A stretch of DNA of 64,000 nucleotides from an uncultured Eubacteriales bacterium (GTDB lineage Bacteria > Acidobacteriota > Aminicenantia > Aminicenantales > Aminicenantaceae), in contig CAZEQD010000003.1 in NCBI GenBank assembly GCA_964514305.1, positions 16,449 through 80,448 on the forward strand, given 5' to 3'. Numbering within the stretch: position 1 is the stretch's first letter; each line of letters begins with the position of its first letter. The position numbers and the translations under genes are program-made. The notes under the pieces are model-generated. The model did no database searches. It was not told where the DNA came from and saw nothing but the letters and a program-made list of their open reading frames with translations. Of the stretch, positions 9,871 through 18,994 are shown piece by piece.

Positions 9871-10043
9871 GAATGACAAATTAGCAATGTTTAAGGCAAA
9901 AATCTTAATCACAACATGCTAAATGTCTTATCTGAAACGTGAAAATTCTCAACTTAATTTTTGCCTTAAACTTTAAGTTATTAACAATGTATAGACCTTA
10001 CAGGTCTTTTTTGATATAGTTTATTCCCCAAAAGGAGGTTCAT

Positions 10044-11246
10044 ATGTACGGTAAAATAAAAGAAGATTTAAAAAAAGAAATTCAATCTATTCATCAAGCC
10101 GGCCTTTATAAAGAAGAAAGAATTATCATGACTCCTCAAGGTGTGGAAATTGAGGTTAAAGGTGGAAAAAAAGTCTTAAACTTCTGTGCTAATAATTATT
10201 TGGGTCTTTCCAGCCATCCCAAAGTCATCGAAGCTGCCCACAAAACTCTTGATCAACGGGGTTATGGGATGAGTTCTGTCCGATTCATCTGCGGGACACA
10301 AGACATTCACAGAATCTTAGAGCAGAAAATATCCCAGTTCCTTCAAACTGATGATACCATTCTCTTTGCTGCCTGCTTTGATGCTAATGGCGGCGTCTTT
10401 GAGCCTCTTCTCGGACCGGAAGATGCCATCATTACTGACCAGCTCAATCATGCTTCAATTATCGACGGCATCCGCCTTTGCAAAGCCCAGAGATATATCT
10501 TCAAACACGCTGATATGGCTGACCTGGAAGAGAAATTAAAAGAAGCTCAAAGTGCTCGTTATCGGCTGGTGGCCACTGATGGAGTCTTTTCTATGGATGG
10601 CGATATTGCCAAACTGGATGAAATCTGTGATCTGGCCGATAAATATGATGCTCTGGTTATGGTTGACGACGCCCATGCCACTGGATTCCTGGGTAAAACT
10701 GGAAGAGGCACCATAGAATATCGGGGAGTGATGGGAAGAGTAGATATTATCACTGGCACCCTGGGTAAAGCTTTAGGAGGAGCTTCGGGAGGGTTTGTAT
10801 CCGGAAGAAAAGAACTAATCGAATTCTACCGCCAGCGCTCAAGACCCTACCTTTTCTCCAACACCTTAGCCCCGGCTGTTGTAGGAGCATCTATTGCTGT
10901 TTTTGACCTCCTTTCCGAGACGACTGAACTGAGAGACAAACTTGAAGCAAACACCAAATATTTCCGGGATAAAATGACTGAAGCTGGCTTTGACATCAAA
11001 CCAGGCATTCATCCTATTGTTCCTATCATGTTAGGTAAATTCGAAAATGATGCCAAACTCTCCCAAGATATGGCCCGGGACCTGCTCGAGGAAGGAATTT
11101 ATGTCATTGGCTTTTATTATCCGGTGGTGCCTAAAGGCCAAGCCAGAATAAGAGTTCAGCTTTCCGCTGCTCACGAAAAACATCATCTGGATAAAGCTAT
11201 TGAAGCCTTTACTAAAGTTGGCCGCAGATATAACGTTATTCAATAG
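10044..11246 (+). CDS. kbl: Glycine C-acetyltransferase (2-amino-3-ketobutyrate CoA ligase)
   Basis: [40 protein letters not shown] (PLP Lys), [20 protein letters not shown]. Confidence 0.96.
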   Translation: MYGKIKEDLKKEIQSIHQAGLYKEERIIMTPQGVEIEVKGGKKVLNFCANNYLGLSSHPKVIEAAHKTLDQRGYGMSSVRFICGTQDIHRILEQKISQFLQTDDTILFAACFDANGGVFEPLLGPEDAIITDQLNHASIIDGIRLCKAQRYIFKHADMADLEEKLKEAQSARYRLVATDGVFSMDGDIAKLDEICDLADKYDALVMVDDAHATGFLGKTGRGTIEYRGVMGRVDIITGTLGKALGGASGGFVSGRKELIEFYRQRSRPYLFSNTLAPAVVGASIAVFDLLSETTELRDKLEANTKYFRDKMTEAGFDIKPGIHPIVPIMLGKFENDAKLSQDMARDLLEEGIYVIGFYYPVVPKGQARIRVQLSAAHEKHHLDKAIEAFTKVGRRYNVIQ

Positions 11247-11405
11247 AATTAAATCCGTTAAATCTCTTGGCTGTTACAGTACTTCTAATTAACTTTATTC
11301 AATTCTAAATTTTGGGCTCTGCCTTAGATAAAATAAAAATTGAAATCTTTGCTCAGAAAAGGTCATATTTTAGATTGGAAAAAAGCTTAGGCCAAGGGGG
11401 GATAC

Positions 11406-12845
11406 TTACTTATCCTTTTTATCCCCTTCATTCTCTTGAATAATCCTGTCTTCAGGCTTAATTTTAGTCATAGTAATTCCTGTATAGCCATAAAATATGG
11501 AGACAACCGGGTTGGTAAGATTGAGGAAAGCATAAGGGAGATAAAGAAGAGGATTCACTCCAAGGGTAGCATGCATAAAAGCACCACAGCTGTTCCAGGG
11601 AATAAGAGGTGAAGAAAGAGTGCCTGAATCTTCCAGACAGCGAGAGAGATTCTTGGGATGGAGTCCCTGGGCATCAAAAGCATTTTTATACATTCTTCCG
11701 GGGACAACTATAGCTATATATTGATCCGAGGCAATAGCATTCATGCCAATACAACTAAAAATAGTTACAGCCACCAAAGAACCAGTTCGTTTTACTCTTT
11801 TTAGAAGAGCTTTGGCTAAAACTTCAAGCATACCCGTCTTTTCCATTATGCCTCCAAAAGAGAGAGCACAAATAATCAAAGCTACTGTGGGCATCATATT
11901 TACCAGACCCCCCCGGGTTAGAAGATCATCAACCATAGGCACTCCCGTCTTGGAAATAAAACCCGAATGAGCCGCTTGAATAACTTCAGCGAAAGAACTT
12001 GATTGAGTGGTCATAGCAAAGATGCCACCCAAAACTGTACCTCCTAATAAGGCTGGCAAAGGAGGAATTTTTTTTATAACCATAACGATAACCAGTACAG
12101 GGGGGAGTAAAAGAAGAGGATGGATATAAAAATTTGATTTAATGGTGTTCAAAATGGTTTCAATATTTTGTGACTTCAAAGCCCCACCTGAAAACTTTAA
12201 TCCTAACAATCCATAAATAATGATAGAAAGGATGTAGCCAGGGGTGGTGGTATAAACCATGTGTCTTACATGAGAAAATAAATCTGTCCCGGCTACGGCT
12301 GGGGCTAGGTTAGTAGTATCAGATAAAGGTGACATTTTGTCACCAAAATAAGCCCCTGAAATAATGGCCCCAGCCACCATTGCTACCGGAATTCCCAATC
12401 CTCTGCCCACTCCAATAAGGGCCACTCCAACCGTCCCCGCCGTCGACCAGGAAGATCCAGTGCCTAAGGAAACAATGGAACAAACAATCAAAGTAGCTAC
12501 CAAAAAAATGCCAGGAGAAAGAAGCTCTAAACCGTAATAAATCATGGCCGGCACCACTCCGCCCTGAATCCAGGTCCCAATCATAGTGCCAACGACCATT
12601 AAGATTAAGATAGCTCCCATGGCCAGAGTAATGCCATGAACCATACCTTCTTGAATTTCAGGCCAGGGGTGATTATAAAAGACGGCCACGATAGCAGCCA
12701 CTGCTGCCGCTGCAATTAAAGGCATATGGGGAGGCTGTTTGAAAATAACTATTGTAAAAAATAAGGCGACAATAAGAAAAGCGACGGGCACAATGGCTAC
12801 TAATAGAGGAATTTCCTTCTTCTTTCTTTTCTTCTTGGCTGTCAA
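11406..12845 (-). CDS. nhaC: NhaC-family Na+/H+ antiporter or amino-acid antiporter
   Basis: GTGSSWSTAGTVG, GAYFGDKMSPLSDTTN, LSRCLEDSGT, LIPWN; TTG start. Confidence 0.9.
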   Translation of the reverse strand: MTAKKKRKKKEIPLLVAIVPVAFLIVALFFTIVIFKQPPHMPLIAAAAVAAIVAVFYNHPWPEIQEGMVHGITLAMGAILILMVVGTMIGTWIQGGVVPAMIYYGLELLSPGIFLVATLIVCSIVSLGTGSSWSTAGTVGVALIGVGRGLGIPVAMVAGAIISGAYFGDKMSPLSDTTNLAPAVAGTDLFSHVRHMVYTTTPGYILSIIIYGLLGLKFSGGALKSQNIETILNTIKSNFYIHPLLLLPPVLVIVMVIKKIPPLPALLGGTVLGGIFAMTTQSSSFAEVIQAAHSGFISKTGVPMVDDLLTRGGLVNMMPTVALIICALSFGGIMEKTGMLEVLAKALLKRVKRTGSLVAVTIFSCIGMNAIASDQYIAIVVPGRMYKNAFDAQGLHPKNLSRCLEDSGTLSSPLIPWNSCGAFMHATLGVNPLLYLPYAFLNLTNPVVSIFYGYTGITMTKIKPEDRIIQENEGDKKDK

Positions 12846-12919
12846 TTTGACCTCTTAAGAATAAAGACTAAGAATTTTATTAGAAGCTAAATAAAAAGGC
12901 AAATATTTATTTAAGAAAA

Positions 12920-12954
12920 AAAGGTTAAAGTTGAAAGTGAAAAGCAATAATGAG
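12920..12954 (+). repeat. Short 7-nt-periodic array
   Basis: AAAGGTT AAAGTTG AAAGTGA AAAGCAA TAATGAG, between pyrE and nhaC. Confidence 0.35.
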
Positions 12955-13006
12955 GTAAAAAATAAATTGAAACTTGGAAAATGGTGGGAATTTGTTTAAT
13001 TAAAAT

Positions 13007-13558
13007 TCACTTTAGAAGATCATCGCGAGTCAGGAGAGAAATAAAAGTGTAGCCTTCTTTTTCTAAATTTTCTCTCCCTCCCTCAAGTCGATCCACCAAA
13101 GCCAAAGCTAAAACTATCTCGCCTCCTTCTTCCTCCACCGCTTTACAAGCCTTAAGGGTTGAACCGCCGGTGGTAACCACATCATCGACTACAGCTACTT
13201 TCCAGCCGGGTTCAAATGGCCCTTCAATCATTTTTCTCTGACCATGCTTTTTTGGTTCCTTACGAACAATAAAAGCAGGCAACGGCCGCTCAGTTTTAGC
13301 ACTTAAGGCAGCAACTGCACTGACAATAGGATCTGCACCTAAAGTAAATCCCCCAATAGCATCTATATCATAAGGCTTAAGCATCGCTAACAATAACTGG
13401 GCGGTAAGGAAAGCTCCCTGAGGATCAAGGGTTGTCATTTTAGCATCTATATAATAATTACTTGTCCTTCCTGAAGTCAGGACTCTGTGGACATTGGTTT
13501 GCAAAGATTTTTCTTTAACTAATTTTATTAATTCTTCTTTTAAATCTTTTCTTTCCAT
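13007..13558 (-). CDS. pyrE: Orotate phosphoribosyltransferase
   Basis: LTSGRTSNYYID, VRKEPKKHG, VVDDVVTTGGS (PRPP loop), VDRLEGG. Confidence 0.95.
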   Translation of the reverse strand: MERKDLKEELIKLVKEKSLQTNVHRVLTSGRTSNYYIDAKMTTLDPQGAFLTAQLLLAMLKPYDIDAIGGFTLGADPIVSAVAALSAKTERPLPAFIVRKEPKKHGQRKMIEGPFEPGWKVAVVDDVVTTGGSTLKACKAVEEEGGEIVLALALVDRLEGGRENLEKEGYTFISLLTRDDLLK

Positions 13559-13577
13559 TTTATTGTTTATCCGCTAA

Positions 13578-15794
13578 TTAATATATTTTGGCTATTTTAA
13601 TACCGTGATAATACTTTTTCAATATTTCTTTATAATCTGCACCTTCTCTGGCCATACCAAAAGCACCCACCTGGCAGAGGCCGACTCCATGTCCCCAGCC
13701 TTTCCCATAAAAAATAAAGCTGCTAATTTGACCATGCTTATCATATTCCCTATCTATAACAAAAAGGGTATCTTTAAGACCCAGGACACGGCGAATTTTA
13801 AAGCCTTTGATCAAAACCTGGCTATCGCTGCCTTTAACTAAGAGCTCCACAACTCGATTGGAATGGCCTCTTTTCTGAGGAATCAAATCCTGGAGTTGAC
13901 CTACTGGATAAAATTGATTTATTCTTCTTTCCAATTCTTCTCTCGATTTTTTTATCTGCCAGTTATGAAAAATAGAATCTCTGTCTAAAATATTGGAATG
14001 AAAAGAATAGACTGCTTCCAATAATTTAATCTGGCCTTCTCCTTCAATCCACCTTACTCTATCTCCTTTTAATAATCTAAGTTGAGTAGTAAAAACATAA
14101 TGGCCGCTGTTATTTTTTAAGAGAACTAAATCAGGAGAAAGACCAAGGTTTTTTATTTCTTTTTCTTCTTCGAGTTCAACTGTTTTGCCTTCAAGCTTTC
14201 TAAAGATTCCTGAATGGGTTAAATCCCGATAAGACTGAACAACTTTTCCGAGGTAAAAGGCAAGTTCACTCCGGGTTAGAGAATTTTCTGGGTTTTTCAT
14301 CTTGAGAGTGGCTGGAAAAATACCCGATTGAATTAGATAAGCCAAATAATCTCTCAATCCTTCGGGCCATTGCTCATAATCTTGGAGAATAAAATCTTTC
14401 TCGCTCTTCAATAATAATGTCTGGACTCTCTTTTCCCAACCAAGAGACTTGACAATAAGACTAGCCAAACTGCCATAATTAAGCACAGAGGCTTGCGGCC
14501 AAGGTTGTTCAATTTTTTTCCCTAATAAATTTATAATTTTCTGAAGCCATTGCACTGCCTCTTCATAAGAGGCCTCTTCCTGAAAGAAACTACTATCTTC
14601 TTGAAAAGGAATAATTTGCAAGCATAAGAGAGAAGCAACAATGGGGCTTATATTTTTGCCTTCGACCAAAATAGGCGGTAGAAGATTTTTTCCTTTAATC
14701 AACCATACATTTTGCTTTTCATAAACGCATTCAGTACTTCTCAAATAAGGCAAAGGCTGGCCTCCGAAAACATTTTCCACGTCTTCTGTCATTCCTCCAC
14801 AAGTACTGGTATAAAGAGCATCGATCAACTTACCCTTGTAAAGGGCCACTTGACCGCGAGTCATCTCCACAGCCTTAGTACTCAACGGATGCTCAGCTCC
14901 CATGCCTTTGTAAAACTGAGAATTAGGCGTATCTGAAAGATCAAAACCTAATTCATTATACATGCCTAATTTTTTGATTGCATAGGTTCTGGCGGCTACA
15001 GCTTGAGCCTTAAGAGCTTCCAGTTCATTAAATTCATAAGGAGAAAGTTCACTGGGAACCACTCCTTTTAGATAATCTTCTAAATTTAATATATTAATCA
15101 GAACCAACCCTTTAGAGCTGGGCTTAAGGACAAAAATCCCCCGGTAATTACGGCCGTTAAAAGAAAGAAAACTCTGACCATTACTGGGTATAAAATAAAG
15201 TACAGTTTCTTTTTTTAATCTTTTAAGTTCATCATTGACTAGAATCCAAAGGGGCCTTGTTTCATCAAAAGTAATATCTTCTCTTAAAATCCAGCTTTCT
15301 TTAAAGCCAAGTTCTTCTAATTTTTTAATGAAACTCAGAGCCTCTCCCCGAGTTAAAAAGTCTCCGATTTTCACTTGATAACCGATTGTCACATTATCTT
15401 CTTCATTCTCAGTTATATAAATTTTATTCCTAATTTTTGTCTTCAATTCCTGAGCAATGGCTTCCGCTTCTTTTTTATCTTTTGTTTGAGCTATTTGAAT
15501 CAAAAATTTTTCGCTTAATTTTTCTTTATGACCTTTTATTCTTACTTGGGTTGCCTCATCAGCAATTAGTTTATACCATGAATTTACTTCATATATCTTC
15601 ATGCCAGATGATGAAGAAATTTTAATATCGCTTAAATTGAGGCCAAGACCAATTTTTATTATCGGCTTTTTAATTAAATAGCCATGAAAAAATGTCTTTT
15701 CCAGACCAAATTCTATGGGCTGCCCCCCTAAAATAAAAAAGGCAAGAAAGATAGTAACTATAAACTTTGGCTGAAAAAGATTGGTGGTTTTCAT
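13578..15794 (-). CDS. SpoIID/LytB-domain peptidoglycan lytic protein with SPOR-like domain
   Basis: LEDYLKGVVPSE, ALKAQAVAARTYA, YTSTCGG, GWGHGVGLCQVGA; SPOR-like YQVKIGDF region. Confidence 0.88.
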   Translation of the reverse strand: MKTTNLFQPKFIVTIFLAFFILGGQPIEFGLEKTFFHGYLIKKPIIKIGLGLNLSDIKISSSSGMKIYEVNSWYKLIADEATQVRIKGHKEKLSEKFLIQIAQTKDKKEAEAIAQELKTKIRNKIYITENEEDNVTIGYQVKIGDFLTRGEALSFIKKLEELGFKESWILREDITFDETRPLWILVNDELKRLKKETVLYFIPSNGQSFLSFNGRNYRGIFVLKPSSKGLVLINILNLEDYLKGVVPSELSPYEFNELEALKAQAVAARTYAIKKLGMYNELGFDLSDTPNSQFYKGMGAEHPLSTKAVEMTRGQVALYKGKLIDALYTSTCGGMTEDVENVFGGQPLPYLRSTECVYEKQNVWLIKGKNLLPPILVEGKNISPIVASLLCLQIIPFQEDSSFFQEEASYEEAVQWLQKIINLLGKKIEQPWPQASVLNYGSLASLIVKSLGWEKRVQTLLLKSEKDFILQDYEQWPEGLRDYLAYLIQSGIFPATLKMKNPENSLTRSELAFYLGKVVQSYRDLTHSGIFRKLEGKTVELEEEKEIKNLGLSPDLVLLKNNSGHYVFTTQLRLLKGDRVRWIEGEGQIKLLEAVYSFHSNILDRDSIFHNWQIKKSREELERRINQFYPVGQLQDLIPQKRGHSNRVVELLVKGSDSQVLIKGFKIRRVLGLKDTLFVIDREYDKHGQISSFIFYGKGWGHGVGLCQVGAFGMAREGADYKEILKKYYHGIKIAKIY

Positions 15795-15817
15795 AGGCTG
15801 ACTTTTTCCTTGGGATG

Positions 15818-15847
15818 ATTATAGACAGGATTTAGAGTGGATGTCAA
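15818..15847 (-). promoter_or_regulatory. Sigma70 promoter of the SpoIID-like gene
   Basis: Minus strand TTGACA (15847-42), 18 nt spacer, TATAAT (15823-18); both hexamers match consensus. Confidence 0.65.
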
Positions 15848-16013
15848 GAAATAAATTCAATATGTAAGGCTCCATTTTTCTATCTATACTATATATAGTA
15901 TTTATATCTTCTCCTTTATGACTAAACAATATAGCTGACAAAGGCAAGAAAGTCAAGATTTCTTGGGCTCTTTGACGAAAAGTGGGGTAATATATATATA
16001 ATAGCCACCAGAC

Positions 16014-16142
16014 GGGGTCAGACCTTCATAAGTTTCATAAATTATGCTTCTCTATTTATATATTTCGTCGGTTTGTAAGGGACAAAAATTATTACAGTTA
16101 TTGTAAAAATTAAAGTTATGAAACTTATGAAGGTCTGACCCC
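16014..16142. mobile_element. 129-bp non-autonomous palindromic element (MITE/REPIN-like), copy 1
   Basis: Perfect 27-bp terminal inverted repeats GGGGTCAGACCTTCATAAGTTTCATAA; 124/129 identical to the reverse complement of 60966-61094. Confidence 0.75.
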
Positions 16143-16241
16143 ACTTTTCTATATTTACTCTAATAAAATTTGTAATCTAATGTTTAAATTGTTAACATAA
16201 AGAAAAATTGTATTAGCAGCAAAAATGCATAGTGGTCAACG

Positions 16242-17642
16242 ATGAAAGAAGATTCTAAAGGAGAAAGACTACCTCTAAAACTGAATCTACTTATCCTCAG
16301 TCAAGATCCTTCTTTTTTTCAGTTTATAAGAAATTCAAAGATAGCCGAGGAGTGTAATATCTATTTCTGGCCTAGCCAAGATACTATTACCAGCGGCCTC
16401 GAAAGTCACAATATTGATACTGTTATTGTAGATTCAAAAGGAGATATCAATGACTATGAAACACTTTTCCAATCCCTAAAAAATTTTGATCCTTTAATAG
16501 AAGTGGTTATCTGCGGGCAGCCAATCACCACCGAGAAAACACTGGAGTTAATTAATAAAGGCATTTCTGATTATTTAGTTAAGCCCTTGGCTATTAATAA
16601 TTTAGTTCAAACTCTCACCAAGATAGCCAAAAAAAAGAATCTAAGAAGAGAAACATACAAATTAGAAAAAAAGCTGGAGAAAAAATATTATTTCCACGGT
16701 TTGATTGCTAAAAATCCCCGCATGCTTGAAATTTTTTCTTTAATAGAAAATATTGCCAACTATTTTTCAACCATTTTAATAACTGGTGAAACAGGGACAG
16801 GAAAAGAAATGATAGCCAGAGCTATTCGCCAGCTTGCCTCTACTCCCAACCAAAAGTTTGTTATCTGCGATTGTGTTTCTATTCCAGAAAATCTCTTTGA
16901 ATCCGAACTCTTTGGTTATATGAGAGGAGCTTTCACTGGGGCTGATAAAAACAAAAAGGGCCTCTTTGAAGAAGCTGATGGTGGCATAATTTTTCTGGAT
17001 GAGATTGGAGAAATTCCCCTATCAGTACAGGCTAAATTATTAAGAGTTTTGGAAGACCATCATTTCCGTCCTTTGGGTTCCAACCAAAATAAAAAAGTTA
17101 GAGTCAAAGTAATCGCCGCTACAAGCCGCAATTTAAGAGAAAACACAAAAAGGGGAACCTTCAGGGAAGATCTTTTCCACCGCCTTAATAAAGTAGAAAT
17201 TAACCTTCCTCCTTTAAGAGAAAGATTAGAAGATATACCTCTTCTAACAAGACATTTTCTCCATTACTTTAATCAACAATTTCGAAAAAATATTAAAGGC
17301 ATCTCCCGCCGGGTTCAAAAAATATTTAATCTTTACAAATGGCCGGGCAATGTAAGGGAATTAGAAAACGTCCTGGAAAGAGCATCAATGCTTTGTCTTA
17401 AAGAATTTATAGACATCCAAGATTTACCTTCCTATTTGCAAGAATTCTCACCTGGAATAGAGGAAATTCCTGTCATCGATAAAAGACAATTAGCAACTTT
17501 AGACGAATTGGAAAAAGAATACATAATATTTCTTTTAAAAAAAACTAAACACAATTTAAGAAAAACAGCCAAAATCCTGAATATTTCCCGAACCACCCTT
17601 TATAATAAATTAAAAAAATATGATATTACCCGTAGTAAGTAA
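16242..17642 (+). CDS. Sigma54-dependent transcriptional activator (atypical REC, AAA+, Fis-type HTH)
   Basis: GETGTGKE Walker A, ESELFG..GAFTGA, FLDEIG, FREDLFHRL, WPGNVRELEN, C-terminal HTH (AKILNISRTTLYNKL). Confidence 0.93.
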   Translation: MKEDSKGERLPLKLNLLILSQDPSFFQFIRNSKIAEECNIYFWPSQDTITSGLESHNIDTVIVDSKGDINDYETLFQSLKNFDPLIEVVICGQPITTEKTLELINKGISDYLVKPLAINNLVQTLTKIAKKKNLRRETYKLEKKLEKKYYFHGLIAKNPRMLEIFSLIENIANYFSTILITGETGTGKEMIARAIRQLASTPNQKFVICDCVSIPENLFESELFGYMRGAFTGADKNKKGLFEEADGGIIFLDEIGEIPLSVQAKLLRVLEDHHFRPLGSNQNKKVRVKVIAATSRNLRENTKRGTFREDLFHRLNKVEINLPPLRERLEDIPLLTRHFLHYFNQQFRKNIKGISRRVQKIFNLYKWPGNVRELENVLERASMLCLKEFIDIQDLPSYLQEFSPGIEEIPVIDKRQLATLDELEKEYIIFLLKKTKHNLRKTAKILNISRTTLYNKLKKYDITRSK

Positions 17643-17643
17643 A

Positions 17644-17755
17644 GGGGTCAGGTCTTCCCCTTTGACATAAAATTGATGTTAAATTTAAAAATCTGAGCTT
17701 TACTTCTTCGTTCCATTTGTCAAAAAATTAATGTCAAAGTTGAAGACCTTACCCC
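17644..17755. repeat. 112-bp element with GGGGTCAGGTCTT-type imperfect terminal inverted repeats
   Basis: Left arm GGGGTCAGGTCTTCCCCTTTGACAT versus reverse-complemented right arm GGGGTAAGGTCTTCAACTTTGACAT (22/25); starts just after the activator stop codon. Confidence 0.65.
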
Positions 17756-17763
17756 TTTTACCA

Positions 17764-17860
17764 TGTTCAATTATTGAACACTTCTAAATTATCTTCCTTA
17801 ATATTTTTAATTTCAATTAGATAGAGATAAATAAAAAATAATATGTTCATTTTTCTAACA
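17764..17860 (+). promoter_or_regulatory. Two candidate upstream activator sites (TGT-N11-ACA)
   Basis: TGTTCAA-TTA-TTGAACA (17764-80, perfect palindrome) and TGTTCAT-TTT-TCTAACA (17844-60), 80 bp apart, upstream of a sigma54 promoter. Confidence 0.6.
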
Positions 17861-17937
17861 CTCTCTTCAATCTTCTTTCACCTTATTTCTTTCCATAACC
17901 TATTCATTTTAAAATAGTTAAAACAATTTTCAACTGA

Positions 17938-17953
17938 TGGCACCTTTCTTGCT
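17938..17953 (+). promoter_or_regulatory. Sigma54 (-24/-12) promoter
   Basis: TGGCAC-CTTTC-TTGCT matches the TGGCAC-N5-TTGCW consensus; 58 bp before the GTG at 18012 (RBS GGAGG). Confidence 0.85.
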
Positions 17954-18011
17954 TATTTATAAATGAAGCTTCTGGTTCTGCTAGAGCCATTTCGGGCTAA
18001 GGAGGCTAAAA

Positions 18012-18653
18012 GTGAAAAAGCCAAAAAGAGGTGCCTATCCTTTAAAAATTTTTCTGGCAGGGTTTATGGTTATCCTGCTTTTTTGCAGTTTTGTATCCGC
18101 TGAAGAGGATGAAAGCAAAGAAGCTCAAAGTTTTAAGTCAAATATAAATCTTAGAGAATTAAGAGCCGAACTCCATCCCACTCCGTTGGAGATAAAGTGT
18201 TTAGCTAATTTGAACCTCTCCCCCCTTTACCCTCCAAGCTCATATTATTTTAATCTAAAAAATCAATATGATGTTAATTTAAAAAAAGCTGTATCCAGAA
18301 TGAACTCTTCTTTAGTCAAGACTTCGCGATTAAATGATTTAGAAAAATCATTTTACACTGTTTCCTTGGCTACTTTAACTGTTTTAAATACAGCTGATTG
18401 TGTATCGACTATTTCAGCTTTAAAATACCCGGGACTGCAAGAAGCAAACCCCATTATGAAACCATTCAGCAAAAATGCCTGGCTGTTGACAGCTGTCAAG
18501 GCTGGAATAGCCGTTTATAATTATCACTGCCTTAAAAATCTCTACAAGAAAAATAAAAAACTGGCTTGGATTATAAGTCTGGCGGCTAATATGGTCATGA
18601 CTTATGTTGTGGTCAATAACTTGAGGATGATTCAAGAAGCTCAATCAAAATGA
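18012..18653 (+). CDS. Exported/membrane protein with DUF5658-like C-terminal domain
   Basis: Signal peptide ending ..FVSA; C-terminal LNTAD..ST..AL..PGLQEANPIM motif followed by hydrophobic helices. Confidence 0.6.
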   Translation: MKKPKRGAYPLKIFLAGFMVILLFCSFVSAEEDESKEAQSFKSNINLRELRAELHPTPLEIKCLANLNLSPLYPPSSYYFNLKNQYDVNLKKAVSRMNSSLVKTSRLNDLEKSFYTVSLATLTVLNTADCVSTISALKYPGLQEANPIMKPFSKNAWLLTAVKAGIAVYNYHCLKNLYKKNKKLAWIISLAANMVMTYVVVNNLRMIQEAQSK

Positions 18654-18705
18654 TACTAATAAAATAGAAATATTTATTTGAATATAAATTAATCTGGAGA
18701 AAAAA

Positions 18706-18906
18706 GTGATGAGCAGACCTAAATTTCTCCATTATTACTTGATAGCAAACAAAAAAAATAAAGCTTATGAAAATCTTCCTTCCCTTAATCTCTTAAAAAA
18801 AGACTATATCCGCTATATCCTGAAAATAACAAATAACAATTTAAAGGAAACAGCAGACATATTAAAAGTTCCTCCTCATTCCCTTCACCATCAATTAAAT
18901 AAATAG
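18706..18906 (+). CDS. Stand-alone Fis-type (HTH_8) helix-turn-helix protein
   Basis: LPSLNLLKKDYIRYILKITNNNLKETADILKV aligns by eye with the activator's LATLDELEKEYIIFLLKKTKHNLRKTAKILNI; RBS GGAGA. Confidence 0.65.
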   Translation: MMSRPKFLHYYLIANKKNKAYENLPSLNLLKKDYIRYILKITNNNLKETADILKVPPHSLHHQLNK

Positions 18907-18994
18907 TTTTTTCCTTCTCCAACCTTTTTTATTTCAAAAATTCATTTTTTGTTATAAAATCCAAACAATTTTACATTTCAGAAAGGAGGCTCTT

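Noticed and set aside
9993-10007. AGACCT-TAC-AGGTCT palindrome upstream of kbl
   Set aside because: A single 6-bp-arm palindrome with no second copy upstream of tdh; may be chance.
15848-15956. Minus-strand TTGACT-17-TATATT promoter and strong RBS (AAAGGAGAAG) with no properly spaced start; 18-codon ORF further down
   Set aside because: Could be a second promoter for the SpoIID-like gene or a deletion scar; the evidence is too thin to call a feature.
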